Shown here: piece by piece, positions 58,101 through 64,000 of the stretch
Position numbering within the stretch: position 1 is the stretch's first letter
Layout of the letters: every line of letters starts with the position of its first letter
Origin: Monocercomonoides exilis PA203
Taxonomy: Eukaryota > Protista > Preaxostyla
Assembly (NCBI GenBank): GCA_001643675.2
Contig: LSRY02000006.1
Span: forward strand, 806,001-870,000
Direction of reading: 5' to 3'
DNA length: 64,000 bases
The notes under the pieces: generated by a model
Told to the model about the DNA's origin: nothing
The model's database searches: none
Seen by the model: the letters and a program-made list of their open reading frames with translations, nothing else
Position numbers and translations under genes: made by a program

Positions 58101-60972
58101 TCTTCCTGCGCTGGTTTCTGATCCTTTCGCGCTGGCGGATGATGCGGGGGCTCTGAAAGGGCATCAGCGGCTGCACCTCGAGCCAGCGCCCTGGCATCCG
58201 CAGCGACTGAGAGAGAAGCGGCCGGTGGAAGGAAAGCGCCTCGTCATGTTTGAGCTCGTTCTGTGCGGTCTCCAAGATGACTGCCGGCAGCGCATGCAGC
58301 ACGACGCTCCAGCCGATGTGCTCCCTGTGGCGATTGGGGTTGAAGTTCGAGACGATCTGGCAGTGGCGCAGGGACGCCTCAGCAGCAGCTTGCTGGATGG
58401 ACGAGGTGAATGATGTGAATGAAGAAGGGGATGAAGTGGCAGATGAAGTGGAAGATGAAGTGGAAGTGGAAGTGAATGGTGTAATGGCTGTTGGTGATGT
58501 GGGGAAGAGAGAGGAAGGTGAAGCGAGTGGCGAAGACGCTGTTGAAAATGAAGAGGAGGAAGAAGAGGAAGAGGAAGAGGAAGAAGGAGAAGAAGAAGGT
58601 GATATGGAAAGAGGGTGTTGTGAAATGGTTTGAGCAGAAAAAGAGCCAGCAATAGGCGATGACTTGGAAGAAGAGGAGGATGAAGAATTTGAATTCGTGA
58701 TTGGTGACAGAGGGGCGAACAGCGAAGGAGACAAAAGATTATACGGAGACTGCGAATTTGGAGAAGGAAGGAATGACAATCCGTTCAGTTTCAGACTCGA
58801 TGAGTTTGAAACTCCCAGTTTTCCCTTTGAAATTTGAGCGTTGGCTTCATTTGAATACCTTCTCGATCGAAACCAGCCCAACAGTTTATTCACTTTCTCC
58901 ATTCGTGATTGTGCGCTCAGCTGAATCGCAGATGTGTTTCCTTCACTTTCTCCTCCTCCTCTTCCATATCCTCCATCTCCTTCCATCCGCCCATGCATAT
59001 TCCCCTTCGAGCACCGCATCTCAGACAGAGCAAGCATCGTGTGCATCAGAGAAACCTCGTTCTGCAGCGTCGACAGCGACAGAATGGCATCGTTAACTGG
59101 CTGGATTTCCGGCGGCTTTACGCCATTCTCCCACCTCACAGACTCAGCCCCTTTGCGCTCCAAGTCTCTCCTCTGCCCTTTCACCCGGAACAGAACTCTT
59201 TCTTCGGCTCTTTCGCTTCCTGCACCACTGCCTGCCTCTGCTTCCTTCTCTCCGTTTGAATCACCACTGCCATCATTTCCATTGTTGCTGCTATTACTGT
59301 TGTTACTTGCATTGGGAGTCAACATCTCCCCACCGCTGTGTGATACCAGCCCCACAACAATCGTCTCTTGCAGCCGCGCGATGTCTGATGCTCCGCTTGC
59401 ATTGGCCAGCGACAGAAGAGGCAGAGAAGTGTATAGTGCTCCTCTGCGGTGAATGGAGGATTTGTTGTTTGCGTCTTCATCTGAGCGGAAATCGGGTGGC
59501 AGGCGTTGGCCGAGCTGCTGATCTGAATCTGGCCTATTCGAGCTGTGCTTACTGCTCTTGTCTAATGCATGTTTCCTCTTTCGCTCTTTGGCTTCCTCAT
59601 TTTCGATGACATATATTGTTTTCCTTCGGTACCTGAGTCGGTGTTGTCTTTTGTATTCGATTGATTTGCTTTGCTTGTTCGTCAGTTGGCTTGATTGCTG
59701 TTTTTTCATATTAGAATCGTCTTTGTTATTATCTGAATCAGGCTGAATGCAAATGACTGAAGAAGAGGAAGAGGAGGATGATGAAGTTGACGATGAAGAA
59801 GAAGATGCATCTGACTCATCAAATTGCGATGTGTCAGCGTCACTGCTTGAAAAGTTATCAGAAATAGCTACTTTATCTGCATTCCTCTGTTCAGCTGATA
59901 AGCTTAGAGAAAGTGAAGAATTTGCTTGTTTTGCTATGTTCCTTGAAGCTCCTGTTAAAAAATGGCTATTTCGAGAAACATGAAAAAACGGGTCTGAATT
60001 TAAAGATATGCTTGAAGAAGAAGATGAAGATGATGATGACGCTGACAATGAAGATGAACTTGATAAGCGAGGAGGTTCTGGAACAGAAGAAGAAGATTGG
60101 ATTGAGAATATCATGTTGACATCGTTCATGTCAAATTCAAGCAGTGAAGTCTTTGGCTGTTTTTGTTGATGAAGAGGCTGTTGTGTGCGTGCACTTTCGT
60201 TAAAAGCGTTCTTGCAATCTGATATTTTGTAGCTTTTTAGTCCATCTGACTTATACTCCAGAAATGAAAAGTGACTGTGTGTTAAACGATTGATTTCACT
60301 TTTAACATCTAAACAGAAATTGTCGGTTTTTCTGTCATTTCGACAAATTGTTGCATCTGCATCGGAATTTGTGAGTGCATCAAAAAATGGAATGGCTTCT
60401 TCCCAGCCTGCAGAAGTCCAAGATTCCTTCCATTCCAACTCAGATGAAAACTTATTAATTGATTCAGGATTGAAAAATGGAGTTTTTTCATAAATCTTTT
60501 CCAAGCTAAGCGGCTTTTGATCCCTTTTAATGATGACATGATCATTCCATTGATTTAAGTTCATATCATCGATGTATTTTGAATTTAAATGAGTCAAAAA
60601 CAGATCAACTGCTTCTGGAGCGCTTGAACGATGATCAGGATCCCAAATATATGGATTTTCCCAAGGAAATTCATCGCAAATGCAATTGCTTGGTTCGACT
60701 GGTTGTTTAGGACTGGATTGTTTTTGAAATATTTTTGATACCTTTTTTGTGAGAAGAATTTTTTTCTTTGATAATTGATGACATTTTGATAATTTCATCG
60801 TATCGTTATAAGCACGTTTTGCAAAAGGCCTTGTAAAAATGCAAAACTCTTCTGATGGATTTTCCAAAAGGTATAAAGAAGTTGATGTTCTATTGAGATG
60901 TGGCTTACTAAAAATCGCTTTCATATGAGAAACTGGAGAAAATAATGCAATAAATCTGGGTATTTCATTCAT
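49153..60972 (-). CDS. TAF1: TFIID subunit 1 (TAF1), 3939 aa, single exon: DUF3591 core, zinc knuckle, single C-terminal bromodomain
   Basis: DUF3591 motifs at ~58240-56600: LSFHRP, FEYVEQYPLLVSIPGMGTRLLHYYR, LGDIEPG, ENNMFKAPVFKH, TDFLVV, VGQEHPKMSVPLPNS, LPSEEEMQKLVRPEDVCAFQSM, GAGDPTGTGHGFSFVR. Zinc knuckle CSACEQKGHKAFHRTCPMY at ~51570-51514. Bromodomain at ~50030-49720. Confidence 0.93.
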   Translation of the reverse strand: MNEIPRFIALFSPVSHMKAIFSKPHLNRTSTSLYLLENPSEEFCIFTRPFAKRAYNDTMKLSKCHQLSKKKILLTKKVSKIFQKQSSPKQPVEPSNCICDEFPWENPYIWDPDHRSSAPEAVDLFLTHLNSKYIDDMNLNQWNDHVIIKRDQKPLSLEKIYEKTPFFNPESINKFSSELEWKESWTSAGWEEAIPFFDALTNSDADATICRNDRKTDNFCLDVKSEINRLTHSHFSFLEYKSDGLKSYKISDCKNAFNESARTQQPLHQQKQPKTSLLEFDMNDVNMIFSIQSSSSVPEPPRLSSSSSLSASSSSSSSSSSISLNSDPFFHVSRNSHFLTGASRNIAKQANSSLSLSLSAEQRNADKVAISDNFSSSDADTSQFDESDASSSSSSTSSSSSSSSSVICIQPDSDNNKDDSNMKKQQSSQLTNKQSKSIEYKRQHRLRYRRKTIYVIENEEAKERKRKHALDKSSKHSSNRPDSDQQLGQRLPPDFRSDEDANNKSSIHRRGALYTSLPLLSLANASGASDIARLQETIVVGLVSHSGGEMLTPNASNNSNSSNNGNDGSGDSNGEKEAEAGSGAGSERAEERVLFRVKGQRRDLERKGAESVRWENGVKPPEIQPVNDAILSLSTLQNEVSLMHTMLALSEMRCSKGNMHGRMEGDGGYGRGGGESEGNTSAIQLSAQSRMEKVNKLLGWFRSRRYSNEANAQISKGKLGVSNSSSLKLNGLSFLPSPNSQSPYNLLSPSLFAPLSPITNSNSSSSSSSKSSPIAGSFSAQTISQHPLSISPSSSPSSSSSSSSSSSSFSTASSPLASPSSLFPTSPTAITPFTSTSTSSSTSSATSSPSSFTSFTSSIQQAAAEASLRHCQIVSNFNPNRHREHIGWSVVLHALPAVILETAQNELKHDEALSFHRPLLSQSLRMPGRWLEVQPLMPFQSPRIIRQRERIRNQRRKISEALVSLSQQSESLSTSTGNTGHSQLYAEDGEVELLFAEDDSELLEQPMRLLKTVGDLTGAEGDAVLFEYVEQYPLLVSIPGMGTRLLHYYRAESSEDEKQKMSNLQFIDGEVVVLNPEDPTPLLGDIEPGKSISMIENNMFKAPVFKHLVPETDFLVVMRKKENTEDDVSEKPKKSDDPNNVELLVREISEIYSVGQEHPKMSVPLPNSQATDKFLSDRLYLFICMILHIRLNQAKEFLKAEEARTAKGPMAEQKKEESSHAKDDGSITNEDGSMTSNPKKGSALERAIVSYYEIREAFPSIRRQKIDRILHRVAETHKSVKGLWVLKSEDALPSEEEMQKLVRPEDVCAFQSMLRWEVAMSDADLNEILTSAMEKEEGKREKQMENEMKKWRMTQERKKKEAASSSALSRKFALSNSNESVDNQSNLHPLISPTSAVNVFNYLPNVVNAICDFMSTEYALSPFELTQSFLDAMNGISLLKLTGAGDPTGTGHGFSFVRQTMKEFVKEANTIRKMKNGLLKQENENFRMSALSKGEFAVDEAKDQGAGAASSKAGERGSGLSGRKKMSQMKNVELDRILMELGVSVDDRRLMSRGEKIRQVSLLSGASGRTELEQYVRGTQNYKFAHSKSYVAQIQQIFRDHMLFLSGESDKKYKQALTQMKEAKTEKAKNVLKREKEKQMREEEKWLNRMRKEQKRKEKEMKKKKEQQLRKQQTIQALEEVMLKKKKEAEERALQASNILQKKKTNTNEIPSASKGNANLPILLEDGAMKGKTQKGRLIDQKSNKTLVKIQNNEVTDNNDDDIIEISTAKYKKANFKTAFPPESTHDVKYDFDSFPYYRSPYDSDIKKAEKIHHNHHHQAEKVTIDLSSPVKCAEVDSSAMDYFERVAKKQEEIHNSFNPFRMQNTQKSLLSSNSDQSLKKEKKPFLPPPPPPPSFSKSLPGLPPPPPPPPVNLLSKQASTTVPSSAQFPCENLTSEGEHFFTPKATKCAYVDTADLMIASPYIKESSSVAHSESIDQPSYANSKHKESSDINDLKSIHSSPVSILHSPYLMDTKIDFMETQNNFPKRKISSPLLSSSSTSASTIRNSNQYQQPFDASTSPVAHSQSPKISNVHSPPISPYLIPDHLSNSNNFQMIKDKKEQKDFDTYDSPHSIIELSPECSPVLTAEESSRTLDAASAESLQMQPDSETVNENSSAHEEKKQLHTFGESDSESSTEKENSQLLSAFGDDFLDDIFDEGENGPMTAEEKEEKELTEALKWIDQLDSKGQKNEQSLDELSQFAKTMIVTHANGITTKQANEKSFNSRTNTSYNEANNNLEHKDKLSSNQNDTNNSEDVQFSFISVKPLGSLVAVSHPQSVATQLISQINQAAIVKPIKKIEANFDEKCNTHPKSISNPYMSSGNESSMDEKHVAVSEINPGTVSTSSNLNVTPEQQMDIPDTVEDSSSKNESAQSSLKIMPPQFLLSMDDASQLQSTSSSYSSLKNIPSLIPSYQPQKSLNADVAPTLNKKSNLYAVNNTFGLKLNKEMAMPAMSSMYDDDDDDYAQNVKKTNSIAAISESQVEKDATPSFVLKNSAFAFPTVDSQATEEASDSSKQSFESKSSLESDLSEQKENLFISSSASDAQFADDINSVQSEDIARFCFREELKQFLLPIELPEMPFDHIYRQRDKTVAEFLKSYREKSDSAKENASSQQCCASKKQDGISNSSASSPLENSGQLSSERNSSKSSEKNIKLKQMDDSFISTKKQQSTTDIIEKNRLGFLSDNAVDSQGKQREKKDKGKERESFVPIGKDQDETEKDKSKAIDDYLNISSSEAKNQSIDEGNRFILDNSDKIYRFQNFSQSFSEECVSRSISTSNNMENDNERSKSDDTSFSKSYYALLGDEVISKLKKLQYKSSPRLKKKKIVKVTHTEILQNGDTIVSVLFIRERKTIEQIKKLTQLKDEKGWVRGIALSKEIESTRRIGQNIKQIRTSLKKWEEKRAVIVQLLEKRMRELVDEAVREKIEEDGTISSEDLAMAKEIQFMFTNFSSFDIQKPLIEKGCSYSFSDRFNVLKITDEEYLLLSWSLQKIDESLKIHSALITALIADGEKTLFLLNSLGKSLSRLYGVDGLLLEKDSISDREAQITGANEFDEDLAYHHHHHHHHMRAVKKTRRRAQVQNDSGFKYDSKGNKVCSACEQKGHKAFHRTCPMYIENLGIELQKKVSNGELTEAEVEDILLIEKRKARKSIVAAMRKQRIRGEQRVFPKISAIRKKSQRKCETISNSESEQSRIVNVESSEEESGKGSSSESSLFYEDYFSTSDEIKNEIPYHYTSKTIKSSRNEKKVLTRQSARDKLLRRRIAKAKEESNAEFKNKEIEKITGSEDNCKSFVESEKIITQNQWIDEDKEMKEKEEERLLKLFSMRKTKEGKKKMKSFRATRNSSSSSIRVKTKIARLKGRKSNSKGMKKRSAKKSKRFKKILQLCSNNQQNKDSFDETEKSPTQEMISIFSVSEQNSESQLKSSDKMELKRLGNLEKDVIQNENKRRSSSHKVNSVQLSYEEYAKAATAWRLKWQLQQQHGQEEETTKDVGISKSVLLEVNKEEEKKTEISLTQDSCDQSTVNATELQIEHLLLHLDEDSPLHLLLSSTHQISPSSLRNPDTSADDDFQAGEKNNSQLSEDLSSTSSIEEVDIIDVSTSKTKKDPLQNLNSMFEDVIRHLKGSVYSSSFLKPISTKDSTGFYSIVKHPITLTVIEKKCQQMVYRERQSILNDLYQIAYNAHLYCKSNENKNQMMIDADRLIEIAELDFCKRNEKFEDLEKKVLMMDDEKQCKQLFSSPHANTQDLFNYQDEKRFDVRPMRIDAKTDAIYLENDELLEEKKTLRKMEQRRYTTQLTEEEKIRKELKKANALKERRLKRNRIKEQKRRLEEFQRMKEISYDSRETLPFSKSQNLIESAKEDIQIKQKIAQEKSFSNSNNSMERNENDAIYDLESGCPYLLS

Positions 60973-61491
60973 ATGAACAAATTCAATAATTCTTTTTTCA
61001 TCTTCTATTTCTAACTTTACGTTACGTTCTGATACATTTAAAAAAATTTGAAAATATCCATTGAAAAATGGAAATATTGTTTTAAAAAAATGGTAGTGAA
61101 ATATAGCACAAACGGTAGGGTCGATTACTTTTTAATTCATCTGATGAAACCCCTAAACTATCCCATGAAAAAAAATGAGAGAGAAAACCAATTGATAACT
61201 GAAAAACGTTAAAAGCAAAGCATTAAAAGCGTAATTTTTTGTATAAAAATTATCATAATGAATATAAATACGTTATCTAAAGTTCCATTAGTTCCAAATA
61301 GCAACTGGAACAATTGCTGGCTCATAAATCAATGTTATTTTAATTCCTCCAGATTTTCAGATAATTAATAATGGCTTACTTCTTTTTTTCTCTCAACATA
61401 ATCAAGGGATTAGAGATCAAACCGTTCTTGAATTTGTTTTTTTTAAGTCAATATCTGGTGTTATATGTTACAATCAACATCTAAAACAGGC

Positions 61492-64000
61492 ATGTTGCGT
61501 TCAACAACAAAACGTGCAGCATCATCTAGAGCTGCGGTAACTTCAGGCCCAGGGACATCGACGTTTGCATATAATTGTTTATTTGCTTGCTTTTCATTGA
61601 ATTCAAATCAAAATTGTATAAACCTTTTCATTCCTTGATAAGATCTCCAATAAAGCCTGGAACTCAGCTTTTGAGTGCGCCCGGTGAGACAAAAAGCGGA
61701 AAACCGTTCTTTAGTTCTGCAACTTCTGAAACTGTCAAAGCTGTGAAAACAACCGCAGAGCAGCGACTCCAACAAATAATGACAATGACCCCCGGAGAAA
61801 GTGCAAAAGATAAAGGAACGTTGTTTTTAGAACTTCGAGAACTTGCTTCTTTTTTCCATGAAGAATATGCTCAAAGTCAAACTCTCATCAAGAACCTTGA
61901 ATTACGTCTTTCAGAAAGCCAGCAAGATAGAAATCGTTTAGAAGGATTAATTGATGAATATCAAGGTACTTTGAAATCTTTTGAGCAATTTACTTACGCA
62001 CCACTTAGCCAAACACCACAGCAGTTAGAGACGAGCATAAAGGAACTTGAATCTGATATAAAGCGATTTGCATTCGCAGATGATATTGCTCAAAAAGCAA
62101 TCGAACAAGCAAAAGGAACTGGAGAAGGAGTTTTGATTCGTGGAAGTGGAGTGGCAATAGGAAGTTCTGGAGGGATTGGATCAAGTGGAAGAATTATTGA
62201 AAGTGTTGATTCTGCTCTTTCTTCTGCAGGGACTCAGTCAGCGCTTACCCCTACAGGTGCAACCAATAGTGGTGCTGCTTTGCAATTGTCACCTCAATTG
62301 CATGCTCAGCGCCTTGTAGAAATAAAATTCAAACTTCTTGAAGATTTAATTTTTGTATTGAAACGAAGACTCAACGTATTTGAGCAAAATGTTGGTTTGA
62401 GTGAAGCTGTTACGCAATTTGGGTCTGTTTCAGAAATGATGGATGCGAACAGGCGCTTGGAAGAGGAAGTGAAAGAGCTGAAAAAGAGAGAGGCCAGATA
62501 CGACTCATCAGCACTTCTTTGCACCACAGGGATCGAAGACATGTCGAAAGAAGAGATGACTGGCTTGCTGAGGGCGTTGCAGGTCGAACTGGCACACGCC
62601 AACGAAGTGATTGCTGCATACAACTTGGAAAAGAATGGAGAAGAGCTGGTTGCGGCTGCAGCTCCGACACGAGTGATGCTGTTTCCGTTTCCGTCAGAAG
62701 AGAAAAGCGGATCGACAAGCAGCGCATCTCTGGCTTCGCAACCAACTGGAGCGGGCTTAGCAGACAAAGAGCGACAGCCACGCAGGAGAGTGCCAACTAC
62801 GCAAGAAGTTGAGGGGTCTTGGGACAAATTGGAGGTTGAGAGCATGTCACATCCATCAAAACTGCAGTCCTCTTCAGCTTCTGCCAGCCTGCCGGATGAT
62901 GGAGCCAAAAGCGAGGTGACTCCATCTTCATCTCAAAGTTCGGATGGAACACCTTCGTCGAAACTGCTTCTTTCTGACTCGCAGATGTCGACACTTGTTT
63001 CCAAAGTTGCAGTTTTGGAGCAGCAAAATGCGCAACTTCAGAGTCAGGTGAAGAAGCTGAAAAAGACTGTGGAATTATTTGGCGAAGTTGAGAAAACAGA
63101 GGATTCGTTGGCTGATTTGTTGACTGGGAAGGCCAAGCCTGTTGGAGGAAAGACAGCACAACTTGAGGAAATGAGAACTTTGAACAGAGAATTGGTGGAA
63201 GAAATAAGAAGTGTGATTTTTTCTTTTTTTTTTGTTTGATTTATCTTTGTTGTTCTCTTTTCGATGATTGTGTATTCAATTTTTTTCTATTTAATCTTTA
63301 CGTTTTTTATTTTTTAAATCAGAATATCAAGCCGAGTACCGTTCTAAGGACTCACTTATAACCCTTCTGACTTCCGTTGTCGATGAACTCTCGAAAAGCA
63401 AAGCAGCAACTGAAGCAGAGTGTGCCTCACTGACCCGAGGAATGATTGTCGGTGTTCGGGCGAACAGAGGAATGAAGGAAGCGCTACGAAAGAGTGAGAG
63501 GAGGTTCCGGCGCACAGCACTGCTGGGGATAGCATTTGGCGAGCGGTGCTTGGATCTGATGGGGAGAGGAGTCAACGGAAATGAGGTTAGCAAGCTGATG
63601 GAGACGTTTGTACAGAAGATGCAAGGGCAGCAACTGGCACAGCAGCTGCACTCCCACTCGTTGATGAGAGGAGATGAAGGTTTGGTTATTTTAATGGATC
63701 TGGGTGTTGAAGCAAAATAGGATCTGAAGTTGGAGTATTTTGTTTTTCAATCTGTGAAAAAAAAGTTTTGAAATGATTCGTTTTTTAGATAGTAAGTGAT
63801 ATTTCGATTTTTTATTTGATTAATGAATTTTTTTAAATTTTATATTTTTATTCATTTATCTAATTATTTATAAAAAAAATATTGAACTCTTTGCAAATAA
63901 TCTCCCCACAATGCAAATTCAGACGGAGAAAGAGAGCGTACAAACCGTGTTTCTGTGTCACCACAAAGTCCGCAATCTGTCCGAAGCGACTCAGACATGT
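61492..64000 (+). CDS. Uncharacterised coiled-coil protein, 3'-truncated by the window edge; exons 61492-61562, 61643-63210, 63323-63679, 63923->64000
   Basis: ORFs 61575-63239 and 63442-63720 join in frame through GT-AG introns. Heptad-rich segments (LIKNLELRLSESQQDRNRLEGLIDEY; VAVLEQQNAQLQSQVKKLKK). Reading stays open to the window end. Confidence 0.75.

Overview
Eukaryotic, AT-rich protist genomic DNA with short GT-AG spliceosomal introns and the standard genetic code (TAA and TGA both end well-supported genes). The sequence style (poly-Ser/Glu insertions, giant beta-helix surface proteins) most resembles an oxymonad such as Monocercomonoides; this assignment is an inference. I rebuilt 10 protein-coding genes by splicing. 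They are a multi-TM protein with a huge disordered tail, a small secreted protein, UTP5/WDR43, an MPPED-type metallophosphoesterase, a 3520-aa beta-helix surface protein, AIR9, a group-X ATP-type phosphofructokinase, B9D1, a 3939-aa TAF1, and a coiled-coil protein that runs off the right end. Non-coding structure includes a small foldback element (2380-2582), a young ~1 kb element with perfect 306-bp inverted repeats nested in an older foldback element just upstream of the surface-protein gene, and a pseudogene-rich tract (~41.2-48.9 kb) holding a WDR70 C-terminal fragment. The most notable observations are the nested inverted repeats, a 5' splice-site consensus with U at +4 in all 19 inferred introns, and a TAF1 bromodomain lacking both canonical acetyl-lysine-binding residues. 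No rRNA, tRNA or CRISPR features were found. All family calls come from motif recognition, not database searches.
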